Positions 1 to 14,653 of a DNA stretch of 64,000 bases are shown here, one piece after another. This stretch comes from Octopus sinensis (Eukaryota): positions 110,174,001 through 110,238,000 of the forward strand of contig NC_043001.1 in assembly GCF_006345805.1 (NCBI RefSeq), in the 5' to 3' direction. The notes under the pieces were generated by a model that worked only from the letters and a program-made list of their open reading frames with translations, had not been told where the DNA came from and searched no databases. A program made the position numbers and the translations under genes. Each line of letters opens with the position of its first letter. Position 1 is the stretch's first letter.

Positions 1-803
1 TCCACAGCTCACGCACACATTCCCTCTGTCTTTTTCTATTTATGTAACTGTCTCTTTCTATACTTATCGTTCTATCCTTTGTATATATGTTCGGAACCTT
101 ATAAGGTTCTGTATACGCATACAGATATACACATATTCACACACATATCATACATACATATAAACACATCTATGAATTTTACATGTGCATGCTTATGTGA
201 AGTAAAGGATGTATGCGTTTGTGTGTTTAAGCGTGTGTGCTTTTTAAGCTATGTCTGCTTTTGAAAATGTATGCTTATCTGTGAGAGGAACCTTGTCTGA
301 TTATATGCATTCACCACTCTCACGCACATGCATACACATATATAAACTCACGTATGCATATATTGAAATCTCTCTTTCTTTCACTGTCTGTCTATGTGTC
401 TCTTTCTCTCACACTCTCATTCAAACATCTACGTACAAACACCGATAAAATAGATATAGTATTATATACCATCTTGTGCAAAGCCCAATGTCTAACTATT
501 CGCACTTGTTTACATATATCACCACCTAACTGGAAATTACCGGAAGCAAATTGTCATTACTTAACAAGCTCTGAATTCATTGTTAGAAACCATCGTCTCA
601 AAAAATGATAAATGTGAAAGAAGTTCCCAACATAATGTCCATTGTAATTTTGTTACCAAATACTCTGCATGGTAGTTTGTACGTTTCGCAAACATTAATA
701 CAGATTCTACGAAACAATGAATCTATCGATAGGATTTGAAAGTGTAGTTAAACTTTGTCGAAAATTACGTAAGTCAAAATATGAATTACGCAAGACAAAT
801 TCT

Positions 804-1139
804 GAGACGCCCTTCGGTCATGACTGACCGTGGGATTGCACCTAGAAAGTTACTCTCCCAGGCAAAAGTCCGGGCAAGGTTGTTTATAGAAGACCAGCAG
901 TCACCCATGCATACCGGCCTACCCTCTCCACACCACTGATGTTATCCAAGGGAAAGGGAAAGGCCGATACAGCTTGGCAGTAATGATGTCGCAACTCATT
1001 TCTACAGCTGAGGGAACTGGAGCAACGTGAAATAAAGTGTCTTGCTCATGAACACAGCACGCAACTCGGTCTAGGGTTCGAGCTCACAACCTCACGATCG
1101 TAAGCTCGCCGCTCTAACCACTGAGCCATGCGCCTTCAC
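804..1139 (-). mobile_element. tRNA-derived SINE (family E here), near full length
   Basis: Minus strand begins GTGAAGGCGCATGGCTCAGTGG (A box), followed by a B-box-like GAGCTCGAACC. Body matches 23201-23500. Flanked by a 12-bp direct repeat ACGCAAGACAAA (788-799, 1138-1149), consistent with a TSD. Confidence 0.85.
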
Positions 1140-1300
1140 GCAAGACAAAGAGTAAGTCAATATTGAATTATATAGTCATGGATCCATTGTTTAAAGGACA
1201 ATGTAATCTTAGATATATTATATTTTAATAAAAGATGGCATTTTTGTGGTTGAAAGATTTTTGTGGACATACGGTATCAAAATTTAAATTACTACTATTT

Positions 1301-1690
1301 TACTCTTTTACTTGTTTCAGTCATTTGACAGTGGCCATGCTGGAGCACCGCCTTTCGTCGAGCAAATCGACCCCAGTACTTATTCTATCGGTGTCTTTTG
1401 CCGAACCGCTAAGTTACGGAGACGTAAACACACCAGCATCGGTTGTCAAGCGATGTTGGGGCGACAAACACAGACACACAAACATGCACACAAACACACA
1501 CACATACACACATATATATATATATACATATATACGATGGGCTTCTTTCAGTTTCCGTCTACCAAATCCACTCACAAGGCTTTGGTCGGCCCTAGGCTAC
1601 AGTAGAAGACAGTCTCCCGAGGTGCCAAGTAGTGGGACTGAATCCGGAACCATGTGGCTGGTAAGCAAGCTACTTACCACACAGCCACTC
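1301..1690 (-). mobile_element. tRNA-derived SINE (family C here) with internal (CA)/(TA) tract
   Basis: Shares the blocks 'gtcatttgac.g.ggccatgctggagcaccgcc' and 'ctaccaaatccactcacaaggctttggtc' with copies at 10141, 19635, 37675 and 51765; tRNA-like head on the minus strand. Confidence 0.85.
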
Positions 1691-1784
1691 CTACTGAATA
1701 AAAAGGAATTTAGGAACGCCATTGTAAATAACCATGAGGTATTGCAATGAATTATGTAATGTGAATTGCGATATACAACAACAG

Positions 1785-1934
1785 GAACCTGTGATAATAT
1801 ACCTCGGCCTCTAGTTTGGCAGCTTAAAAGGACTATTGACACTGGATTTCAAATTCATCGATTCATCAGAGAAATCCACCCTCTTCAGGTTGGTTTCAAT
1901 TGTGACCGCGAGTTAAAGGGAATTCATGTTGTTG
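1785..1934 (+). CDS. candidate internal coding exon (150 nt, phase 1-1), product unknown
   Basis: AG at 1783-1784 and a strong GTGAGT donor at 1935. Open, non-repetitive frame (G)TCDNIPRPLVWQLKRTIDTGFQIHRFIREIHPLQVGFNCDRELKGIHVV(G). The acceptor lacks a polypyrimidine tract and I recognise no homologue. Confidence 0.4.
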
Positions 1935-1950
1935 GTGAGTTCCTTCCTAT

Positions 1951-2392
<442 letters not shown>

Positions 2393-3110
2393 ATGTATAT
2401 ATATATATAATGTTTCTGTGTGTGTGCATGTTTATTATCAACAAAAACACGCAGGCGGAAAATAGAAATACTTGTTGCATACGTTCTTTTTCTTTTCGTT
2501 ATCACAGCTACTTAGTTCCTTGTAATTGGTATAGAGGATTCACCACACCCAGTGGGAGAAAAGTTTTATACACACACATATTTATATCTATATATATATA
2601 CAATCATATATATATATGTGACTTAGGCAGCGTGATACAAATAGCCTGGTGAGAAAGCTCAATATACATATGCATCAGGAACTAAGTGTTAGTCGCTACA
2701 GTGCCTAACAAGATGCAATTCACTCGTAGTTGAATGTATGACATTATATCTTGAATGGTACCGTGGTCGACTGGAGCAACGGGATATGAATTTTTTAGCT
2801 GAAGAACTCAACATACCTCCTAAGTCAGTGATATTTTGAAATGTTTTAACTGAGGAAGGCATCAAGGATGTGTTATAGATGCATTTCCTACTATATATTA
2901 CACAAACATAAAAGCTACGCATTAAGTGATTGCAAAATATAAAATTTTTGCCTTCATTATAACTTATACGTCCGAACTTCAGTGCAAAATATCCGGTCCA
3001 AACTACACATACGTAGAGACTTTAACAGTGATTTGGAGCAGTTTGTCACAATTAACTCGAATTGAAAATACTAGTGCTATGCACCGCTGTTAAGCGTAGC
3101 AAGATATATG

Positions 3111-3154
<44 letters not shown>

Positions 3155-3296
3155 TATATATATAGCTTCTGATCTAGCTTCTGTGTTTCTAGCACATATT
3201 TCGCCTCTTAATGTACTGATATATGAATAATATATGGCCCGTGCTAGTTTCACCATCGATAATAATTAATTTTATTTTATCGCAATTTGACTTGTT

Positions 3297-3340
<44 letters not shown>

Positions 3341-3759
3341 TATATAATATATATATATATATAGTGTGTGTGTGTGTGTGGTGTGTGTGTGTGTGTGTGT
3401 ATGTATATCGTTACTATTATGCGAAGTGTCATAAGTTCGAAACGTTGCTTTTTCAGAAAACGAAAAAATATTTTGACCATTTCATTTCTTTTTACATTAG
3501 CAAAACCGTTGTACTATGGCAACTTTTATATCCTGGCATCTCAAGCTGCTGGAGATACGATAGTTTGACCAAAAGAACCGGCTCTTGCAGGGAAAAATTA
3601 AGATTGAAGAAAAAACGCATTTGGCCAAATTTGAACATGCGACAGTTTCACATAATAGCAACGGTATATATATATATATATATATATTTACTTTCAGCTC
3701 AGAGCTATGGCCATGCTGGAGCACCGCTATCTTGCTACACTGTTATTACTGACAGCCTC

Positions 3760-4088
3760 CCCTAATATGTGTCCCTTTGTAAAGAATGGAGTTTGATGTA
3801 GCTACCCTCATTTGTACCTCTTGCCGTAAAGTAGGTTAATCCGGGACTCTCAACAGGAAGACATCCAGACTTGATTTTAAAACGCCTACAACTACTTTCT
3901 ACAGGTTCCTCTGGCTCTTTGGAAGAATACTGAAAAGCTGTGGGCCCCTGAAACCCAGGATGTTGCGGTAACTGTTCCTGAAGCATTTTGACATTGCTGG
4001 GATCTTTGGCTCTATACAATGTCAACCCGTTCTAGCATTGGTGTAACCTTCAATGCCAAAATTTGGCACAATTCCTTCCAGGATCTTA
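3760..4088 (-). mobile_element. decayed non-LTR retrotransposon (CR1/L2-like) ORF2 C-terminal fragment
   Basis: One minus frame reads KILEGIVPNFGI...G*HC...GFRGPQLFSILPKSQRNL*...KSSLDVFLLRVPD*P with in-frame stops. This resembles the post-RT 'LFN.LP...FK..LD.FL' tail of CR1/L2-clade LINEs. Confidence 0.65.
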
Positions 4089-4128
4089 CACACACACACA
4101 CACAGATACAGACACACAGATACAGACT

Positions 4129-4217
<89 letters not shown>

Positions 4218-4314
4218 CATATATACATACATATATATTTTTTGAGTCTATGATGTAAGTTATAGAATGAAGTTCGACAAATTCAACCCTATCTTTTATA
4301 AATGGAGATTAGTC

Positions 4315-4356
<42 letters not shown>

Positions 4357-4486
4357 TACAAATTGAGATAGGGGTTGTAAATGCAACCCTCCATGGGATA
4401 ACATATATCCAATGTGATTGAGTATTATCTGGTAATTGACATTTGATTTCGATGTATTTCTCCATTTTCTTATTTTGTATATATAT

Positions 4487-4518
<32 letters not shown>

Positions 4519-5152
4519 ATATATATATATACATATATGTAAATACACATACATACACTCTCACTGCATACATAAATATACAAATATATTAGTATAATAT
4601 AAATGCAATCATTCTATCATATTACCTGTGTATCTAATGTCTGCAATCGCATGCATTGGCAAGAAAAGAAGACGAAATATGCAAGAATATTTTTTCCAAA
4701 GTAACCTAAACGATTAACAGTATTACATGTCGATTCATTATGAATATTGGCATTATGTTGCATCATAATAGATTCGGATCACTACCTGTTTGCGTAATCT
4801 CAATTGGTCACCGCGATATACAAAACGTTAACCCACACAAGTTTAGCTATGTATTAAGGACGTGATGCTTGAACGTATCCTATCATTTCTGCTAAACACC
4901 CACTAACTACTATTTGAATCCGCTTCAATGTAAAGCAACCGGCCTAACGTGTAAACAATTAAGTACATGTCTATCTGAAATTAAATTTCCTGTTCGAAAA
5001 GATGAAACATCTGGTTGACGAGGGGAAAAACTAATATAACTATTGACCTTTATTGACCAGAGTCCATTATCAATGAATCCTACACGATTTACGAGAATGC
5101 ATATAAGTGTGTGTGTGAGTTACTGTGTGCTAATGCGCACGCAAACACAAAC

Positions 5153-5341
5153 TCACACACACATATGTATTATATAAGCATATATATATATATGTATATA
5201 TAATTTATATATATATATGTATATATATGTATATATATATATGTATAATATATATACATATGTATATATATATATGTATATATATATATGTGTATATATA
5301 TTTATATGTATATATGTATATATATTTATGTATATATATTT

Positions 5342-5372
<31 letters not shown>

Positions 5373-5458
5373 GTATACATATTTATATATATGTATACAT
5401 TTTTATATATATATATATATATATATTATATATGTGTGTGTATATATATCTATATATT

Positions 5459-5519
<61 letters not shown>

Positions 5520-5530
5520 ATATATATGTA
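5153..5530. repeat. (TA)n-rich compound microsatellite
   Basis: Directly visible. Similar tracts at about 3115-3165, 8630-8845, 16570-17000, 29850-30170, 30540-30685, 33670-33810, 46100-46260, 48140-48410 and 56180-56460. Confidence 0.95.
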
Positions 5531-6451
5531 CTTAGTAATTAAATATATAAATGAGTGGTAATATATATTACCTGTTCATTGGTGAAGTTAATTGAATTCT
5601 GTACCGGTACATCTGACATGCAAACATCTGATGTGTGCAGTAAATATATGTGCGACATCTAAAAGCAATATAGTATATCTAGTTTGCATCCTTTGTTTGC
5701 TGGTATATGAATGAATTCTATATCTAATAAAGAATATCCACACGATACTTTGTCCTTTATGATTAATAAATATAGCAAATTTTTTTTGTTGTTATTTTTA
5801 CATTTCGAAATTTTTTCATTTATTTTTGCTGATTGAGAAAACAGAGAATATTTGTTATGGTGTCTCCATACTGCAGGTGGATTATTTTTGTCATCTCAGA
5901 TTTATGCATGAGTTTATTAACGGAGACTGTGTTTGTTATGCAGGCATGATCTTCTAAATCATTATTCTCTGCAGTTATCCAATGAAGCGACAATTCATAC
6001 GCATCCTCGTCGATACATGCAAGACACAAAGGCGTTGTGCTCGCTGAATCGTTTCGGTGTCGGACAAAATGTGCTGCGCCATTTATTGCCACTATACAAT
6101 CTGAGTTCAAGTACAGCCCCTTGTTCTAAGCCTGGTACATATTCTACCGTCCTTTTCATTGATCTACTCGATTATGAGAACATAATTAAATCCGAACCGT
6201 CGTCAAACGGTCGCGAAGAAAAAGCCCTGACACAAAGACATACCTGTCTGCCTGCCTCTCAGTCAGTCTGTCTGTCTGCCTGCCTGTCTGTCTGTCTGTC
6301 TGTCTCTCTGTCTGTCCGTGTATATATGTATCTTTCTATCTACCTATACATATATACATATATATATACATACATATATAGATATATTGATAAAAACGGT
6401 AAGATAACAAAAGAAAGAAAGAGACGAACGTACGTATATGCATTATTTTTT

Positions 6452-6751
6452 TGTTCCTTCTCGAGCCACGCCTAGATCATAAGGGCCGGTTTCCCGGTTC
6501 CCTCGGCGTATAGGTTTCTCCACCTGGACGGGACGCCGGTCCGTTGCAGGTGAGCTACAAGATGCATGAGGAAAGAGTGAGAGAAAGTTGTGGCGAATGA
6601 GTCTGCAGAAGTTCGCCATTACCTTCTGCCGGATCCACGTGGAGCTTAGGTGCTTCGCTCATAATCACACACATCGCCCGGTCTGAGATTCGAACCTGCG
6701 ATCCCTCGACCGCGAGTCCGCTGCCCTAACCACTAGGCCATGTGCCTCCAC
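6452..6751 (-). mobile_element. tRNA-derived SINE (family B here)
   Basis: Minus-strand head GTGGAGGCACATGGCCTAGTGGTTAGGGCAGCGGACTCGCGGTCGAGGGATCGCAGGTTCGAATC has A and B boxes; colinear with 39253-39559. Confidence 0.88.
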
Positions 6752-8289
6752 TATATGTATCATTGGCTGAGATAAATATATTCTCTAAATGAGAGCCGAA
6801 TCTTGGGTTGTTCTCGGAAGCAAGAAAACTTACTGATATCATATGTGTATGGACTTTTGTGGAAGCATGTATTATTTTAGTTCGACATTTGAATATCATA
6901 ATAACATTGTTTCAAACGCATACTATTTAAAAATACGAATGATTTCTTACTAACCCGGAAAGTAATTTATTCACCGATTTTCAATTTATATAAATTATAT
7001 TGCGTGTTCTGTTTCGTAAATGAAGTAATTACGAATATTGCTTTTTCTTTTTGTTCAAGAAATCGAATCTTGATGGAATTTACTTTATTGTATGATGATG
7101 CTAAATATATATACCTAACAAACGCTTGCTTATGCGAGCTTCTGGAAATATGGGAGATGTTACGAGAAAATGTTTTATTTTGTAATAGTATATTTTGGAA
7201 TTAAATCTGAAAATGATTAATTTTCAATTTTTGTTTAACAACAGGTTGAAATGTATGTACAAGAATGATTTCAAGTGAGAAATGAATTTTTAATAACAAA
7301 TCAATGTTGATTGGGTGAGCAAATATGAGTATGAGCATTTTAAATAAGGCTGAATGGCAAATTAATCATCGTGGAATGATTTTGTATAATAATTTTAAAG
7401 AAGAGTTACTGCACGTAAACATGATCATTCTTCACAACAGAAAGGTGAAAAAAATAGAAGAAATGTGAAATTCAATGAAAAGAGGTAACAAAGGGGAAAA
7501 CCACGGAAGATTAATGTAACAGTAGAAACAAATAAACCAGTGAGCAAGCAATAAATTTGAAAAAAGTGATAATACACATTTAGGAGAACAAAGAGAAGAA
7601 TAATGGCTGAAGTGGAGAAAAACATGGCACAGCAAATGGAAAGAAAGTAAAGAAAGGTAATAGGTAATTTAACGAAGAAAATGAAAAATAAAGAAAAAGT
7701 ATCATGAGGAAATAAAAGAAACTGAAAAATATAAAATTTAATAAAAACTGAAAACGGGGAAGCCGGACTTGGTTCATGGAAATTATGCGGAAAACGTGTG
7801 GGAGTTGTGAAGAAAAAAAAGACGTGACGACGAATGTTTTTGAGAATATTTTTAAAGAAAAAAGACGAAGGAAGAAAAACATGAAAAACATATACAAAGA
7901 AAAGAAATACAAAAAGAGAATATTCGTCGTGTGAAAATAAGAAAGCTTGAGACATATTCAATTGTTGTCGGGGAATGAACAGGATGGATATACAAGATGT
8001 TAAATGATGTGTATGCTGTTTTCTTTTTTGTGCATATAAGTTCGGATTGTTGGCAGTATGTTTTACAATCAATGGCTCAGAGAACAGAACAGTGGTTACA
8101 AAAACGTTCAATGACAAAGCTCAGTTAGAATTTCTGGTCACAGGATAATATTTTTCTGCACAATCTCTTGTTCACTCAATGTCTTTTGATGTATAAATAT
8201 ACATAAACTCACATTACTAGCTTACATACTTATATACAAATATATATATATATATATATATACATATAAAACATGCATATATACATACA

Positions 8290-8545
8290 TATATGGGTAT
8301 AGGACACCAAAAATTCGTCGAACACAATGAGAAACGAAAACAAACACAAATCCAAGGAAATGGACATTTTTCTTAAACAACGAAAAAAAATATGAAAAAA
8401 ATAGAGTACAAGACATACAACACAAGGAAAATTCACCTTCCTCAGCCGCCTCTGCTTCATCTACTCCGCGTTTCGAAGGTAAAGGCGAGATACGACTTCG
8501 TTGAAACAGTCTTTCCCGCGAAAGCAGAATAAATCAAATTTGCGA
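8290..8545. repeat. dispersed repeat related to 17890-18200
   Basis: Shared blocks 'agagtacaagaca', 'gtttcgaaggtaa' and 'ttcc(c/t)gcgaaag' occur in the same order in both copies. Confidence 0.55.
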
Positions 8546-8645
8546 TTTTTTATTTATTAATTATATATTTATTAATTTGTTATTATATGACGGAACGCAC
8601 GCATCCATTTCTAAGTAAGTTTTATCTTAATATACATATACATAC

Positions 8646-9131
<486 letters not shown>

Positions 9132-9949
9132 ATACATATATATATATATGACACATATCTAAAAGAAAAGGTATGTATTTATATGTACACACACACACAT
9201 GCTGTTAACACATCGCTAAACCCCAAAATATTTTGACGGTATAGACTTCCACATATATACAGAATCAGCTAAAACCATCGTTGAGACCAACATATCTAGA
9301 ATACTGAACAACAAGAAAGAGTAAATTCTGCACATATTTTGCAATATGTCGATTTATATTATTACGCAATTAACGTACCTAATTTTTAATTAAAAGAGTG
9401 ATGGTTTACTCATCTCGTGGTTGTCTTGTAAACGTTAATTAACCTAGAACGCATTTGCCAGTGAGTCTAATTTTTCTTTTTACAGCGATAACTGAAAAAA
9501 AATTGTGTTAACAGTATTAGGGGTTTTATCTTGTTTTGAAAGGATGAACACTGAATTAGGTTACAAGTTAAGAATATAATTTATGTAGTGTTGTTTTTAA
9601 TTTTCATTTCCGCTGGATTATTTGTATTGTATTATAAAATTTAGTTTGTAGAGTCACCGCTTTCCTTGCTGACATTATTTAATATGTGTTTAAGAGGAGT
9701 GTTTTCCAGCCTTGCTTAAATGTATTCAGGCGATTCAAAACTGTTCACTTTTGATCTCTCTCTTTAGCTGTTAATGGCTTTAACATATTTTCCTCCGTAG
9801 CGAACGTTAATTTTTTCGTAATTTGGTTTTTTTAATTATGGATTCGCTCCATTATTATAAAAATACATAAATCTTTCTCGTCAGGTTTCCTTTTCGTTGA
9901 TGCTCTCGCTTGTTTTTTCTCGTTCTGATTCTTATTGTTTCCTACACAG

Positions 9950-10017
9950 GCATCCTGCTAAAGTGGACCTATGTTCAACATGTTCCAGGCGTGACCATCC
10001 CGAGCATTCTCTTTTAG
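9950..10017 (+). CDS. candidate terminal coding exon (phase 1 start), product unknown
   Basis: Long polypyrimidine tract and ACAG acceptor ending at 9949. Frame reads (G)ILLKWTYVQHVPGVTIPSILF-stop and is phase-compatible with 1785-1934. No nearby AATAAA seen. Confidence 0.35.
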
Positions 10018-10140
10018 AAGTAAAATGTATACGGGACCTAGAAATAGAATACATCATTGCCTGTCATTTTCCTTTTCTCATAACCAACAATACTTACATT
10101 TAACTTTTACGATGTGTTCCTTCTTTTTCTTCGATACCCT

Positions 10141-10338
10141 CTTTTACTTGTTTTAGTCATTTAACAGTGGCCATGCTGGAGCACCGCCTTTAGTCGAGCA
10201 AATCGACCCCAGAACTTATTCTTTGTAAGCCTAGTACTTATTCTATCGGTCTCTTTTGCCGAACCGCTAGGTTACGGGGACGTAACATACCAGCATCGGT
10301 TGTCAAGCGATGTTGGGGAGACAAACACAAACATACAA

Positions 10339-10376
<38 letters not shown>

Positions 10377-10670
10377 ACCCACATACATATACATATATAC
10401 TACGGGCTACTTTCAGTTTCCGTCTACCCAATCTAGTCACAAGGCTTTGGTCGACCCGAGGCTATAGTAAAAGACAGTTACCCAAGGTGCCATGCAGTTG
10501 GACTGAACCCGGAACCACGTGGCTGGTAAGCAAGCTTCTTGCCACACAGCCACTCCTGCATCTATTGGCTATAATAGAAGACAGTTGGCCAAAGTGCAAC
10601 GCAGTGGGACTGAACCCGGAACCATGCGGTTGGTAAGCAAGATACTTACCACACACCCTCTCCTACGCCG
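10141..10670 (-). mobile_element. family C SINE with a duplicated tRNA head
   Basis: Full copy at 10141-10560, plus a second copy of the head segment at about 10569-10670 in the same orientation. Confidence 0.85.
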
Positions 10671-11481
10671 ATGTCAATTTTCTCAAACCAAAATTACCAA
10701 CTACAATATACGGGGTTTCTGACAGTAAATGGTAAGAACGTAGCTGAACTATATTAAAGAAATTTGTTGCCGAATTCACTAAATTTACCTCAAAGCCTCT
10801 ACCAGCTTAGTAAAAAGAAAATAACTAATGTCGTTTCGTGTGTACTTATCACGTGTTAAAGATAGGGTGGCTACGGTTAGAATGTCTGAACAGGGGGATG
10901 CTCCATTGTAGTTGACCAGTAGTTGCACGTTCTTTAGTCAAATGTCAAGAGTTATTATTTTGGAGGAAGTGGGTCGGAATAAATGAAACACCAGAAATAT
11001 ATAAATGTGCCAGATGATTAAAGTATATGCTTTCACATATTAATCTCGGTTTTGTACTGTTGACAGGAGTCAATACATATGAAAAATATACACAGACTTA
11101 AATTCATTTCAAGCAAGCAAAAGGACAGCTCTGATGTCAATTTACCTGCTATGATGAGCAGCAGATTTATTATTCATTCAAAATATGCTATTTGAAAACA
11201 CAAAGTATATGTTTTAGAAAATGTAGTGTATATCAGAGGATGCCTTCGAAACAGACGTTACGACAGTTTTGATTATTACATTGGCTGAAGAAAATGGCCG
11301 AGGGGTTAGATATAGCAATATAAACCTCGATACATTGTGCGTCAGTATGAGGCGTATAGGCAGAAAATAGCTGAGATGTTAGATATAAAAAAATTTTTAA
11401 ATAATAAATGCGCCCTTTTAAGACAGAAAAGATCTGAGATGTTAGATATATGAAAAAAAATAATAAATGCGCCCTTTTTAA

Positions 11482-11707
11482 AGCCTAACCAGCCTCATGG
11501 GTCAGGTTTCCCGGTTTCTATGTTCCCCAGCTGGACGGAACGCCAGTCCATCGCATCGTTACTCATTTTTGCCAGCTGAGTGGACTGGAGCAACGTGAAA
11601 TGAAGTGTTTTGCTCAAGAACACAACGCGTCGCTCGGTTCAGGAATCGAAACCACAATCTTACGATCATGATGCTGTCACCCTAATCACTAGGCCACGCG
11701 CCTCCAC
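11482..11707 (-). mobile_element. tRNA-derived SINE, mosaic of family E core and family B-like 3' end
   Basis: 'gccagctgagtggactggagcaacgtgaaatgaagtgttttgctcaagaacacaac' is shared with family E; 'gtttcccggtttc...ctggacggaacgcc' is shared with family B. Confidence 0.75.
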
Positions 11708-13989
11708 CGATATAAAAATATTGTAATAGATATCTTGTGCGTTAAAATGAGCGTCTTAGTTATAGCTGATCGTTTTCGATTGACAGTCAACTCAATGCGT
11801 AACAAGAGACTAAAACCAACAGCAACAACCACAACAAGAATAAGAAAGCGTACACATTACACACCACAAATACTTCAGTTTTAGCTCATGTACAAGTAGA
11901 ATACTTTGTATATCATAACAACCCACTTTACGGTATTGATTCTTTAGAAATTGATATACGTATGTTCAACCGTTCGGTATAATTGGAATCTTTTAAGGAA
12001 TACAACTGCAAAAATATACCAAACCAAAGAATCAATGAAGTAAAAAAAAAAAGAGTGGAGAAAAATTGGGAAAGTTGTGATGTACCAAATATATACATGG
12101 TATTGAAATAGAAATTACGAGGTGACTGCAACGTAAATAGTAGTTAAAATATCTAAACTCAAAGATACGTAGAAAGTTTTTCTCTTTATTTTTTAATTAG
12201 AATTTAGTCTTTGAAAAAAATTGTTACTAAATATATCGTTGCACTATTTAAATGTATATAATCAGCAGAAATATATTTAGTAGACTTTAAATATCTCTTT
12301 AAATAATTAAAATGATAAATTACACGGTGTGCGTAGGTGCGTGTATGTTTGTGCGCGCGCGCAGGTGTAAATAAAAATATATTCATGCTTTTATGACGTT
12401 CTATATACATGTGCAGACACGAACACAAACACACACATATGCAAGTAAGGATGTGTATGTGTGTGTATGTGTGTGAGTGAGTATGCGTAATCGTGAGTGG
12501 ATATGTCGACGTCTGAGTGTGCAAACATGTATATGTGTGCATAGATTTATCATCCCGATATTGGTCACCCGTACATTTATATTGTTTACTATACTGATTC
12601 GTACAAATATAGAGTGAAAAACAAATCAATACTAAAATTACATACAAACATATATTATATATAGATATATATACCATGTGTATATGCATATTTTCATACA
12701 TATATACGCACATACACAGACAGCAATGGAACGGAGCCTTTTTCTCGATTGTCTCGAATCTGAAGTCAATATAATGAGATGTAAGTATGCTTCGATGCTA
12801 AATATAAACTCGTTCAATGTAACATAACTTTTTTATTTATTTCTTTACCACTGAATATTGATCAGAGAACATCCAAATTATAAAATCTATTCAGTAGATC
12901 GAAAATGCATAAATTATAACTCAAACCTGAATTAGCATAATAAATGCGCACATTTAGGGGAGAATAGAGAAGGCAAAATTACATACAAAATATTCTTAGG
13001 GATATTTTGTGGAGTGTTTATGCGGCCACTGTAAATCTTTAGGTGATCCCTATTGATGACCTGAGGAGTGGCAGGTCTGGGGGAGATCATTTCTAATTTA
13101 TGCTGTGGTTTATTGTCAGTAAATCAATTACTATATGGTCTAGTGTATTAATTTGCTTGGAAGCCTATAATGCTAACAATGCCCTGCCTATGGATAACTT
13201 GGAGTAAATTGTCCAAAGTACCATCCCCAATTTAACTCGGCAAACATTGATTAAGTGATATAAGTGATTCGTTGAAGAGATAACGTCATCAAAAGTTCAA
13301 TACACGTCCGAACGCCGAACATAGGAACAGTTTTACAGCAATAATGTGTACAATGGTACATAGGGCCAATACTAGGAGGTTGATTGAAACAAAGTTTACA
13401 TCAAGCGTATACAAATTATGCACAAACTTCAAACACAACGTGTTTCTGGCAGTGAAAGTCTACGACCACTGAAAGCTCTGGTCAAATTTTCTGCAAGGAA
13501 CATCATAAACGCATATTCTTCGCATTTTTGTTTCCACAATTATTGATATATTATTATCTCTTTATAACAGGTTTTGTTGGAGCTCCAGGAGTCTTGAATG
13601 CGTCGCATGCTATTCATTCTTTTCAACTATCTAATACTTTCCGGATTATTATAAAAGTTCTACTGGGCACTGTGTTTCACTCTTGATCCGTCATTCAATT
13701 AGCGTTCGGCTTGTCTCCTTATACCACCTCCTTTGCTACTGTTTTTTTTTTGTACAAACAATCTCTGGATAGCAATATGACCTGCACTGCTCGACCACAG
13801 AGCACCTGCAGAGCGAAAGGTTCTCGCCTTCGTTTCCAGCGTCATTAACACCGTTATTTGATACATTCCTATTATACATTTTCACTCAATATCGAGGCAT
13901 GTGTTTTAAGGTTAGGCACCAATCGGTATTTTTACTGAGACACTATCTCTAGTGAAATTGTCAACCAAGACAGCGGAGTTCTTACTACC

Positions 13990-14142
13990 CATAAGTCGGG
14001 TCTGTTCCCTTTGCATAACAACAACAGCAACAACAACAACAACAACTATTATTATTATTATTATTGTTGTTATTATTATTATTATTATTGTTGTTGTTGT
14101 TGTTATTATTGCTGCTGTTGTTGTTATTATTATTATTATTGC

Positions 14143-14202
<60 letters not shown>

Positions 14203-14217
14203 CATTATTATTATTAG
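13990..14217. repeat. (ATT)/(GTT) trinucleotide microsatellite
   Basis: Directly visible; it is the source of the poly-I/N/Y/L ORFs. Confidence 0.97.
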
Positions 14218-14602
14218 CAAACACACCTGTCCTTTGGACATTTTAAGTTGATTTGGTGGAATTTTTTTTCACCATATAATTGAACTACCGAAAAAATTTA
14301 TGAGTAGCAAAGAAATATAGATTTCCCATTAACCTAGGAACGGAAAAATGAAATTGAAGGCTTGTTATTGTGGAGGTCATTGCACTTTAATGATCATGGT
14401 ACATAAAAGTTTGCAAGCGATGCAAATTAGTGGTACTGAAGTGTTTTGGGAGTAGATTACTGATCATGACTACGAAATGTATTTGTTTGACATGAAAGTG
14501 AAATTTCTAGTCAGAAACAGCCATATAAATGGTATAACTACATTGAAGGAGCTACATGAAACTAACATTTGCCGGACAATGATGGTGATGCTGCGGCTGC
14601 TG

Positions 14603-14634
<32 letters not shown>

Positions 14635-14653
14635 GATGATGATGATAATAATA

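Noticed and set aside
7425-8117. 230-aa F/L-rich minus-strand ORF resembling a membrane protein
   Set aside because: It is the shadow of a purine/A-rich plus strand. The plus strand has many stops and only faint endonuclease-like words, so no call is supportable.
13020-13900. Possible decayed non-LTR retrotransposon on the minus strand
   Set aside because: Only a DCLY-like word and coding-like composition; too degraded to assign by eye.
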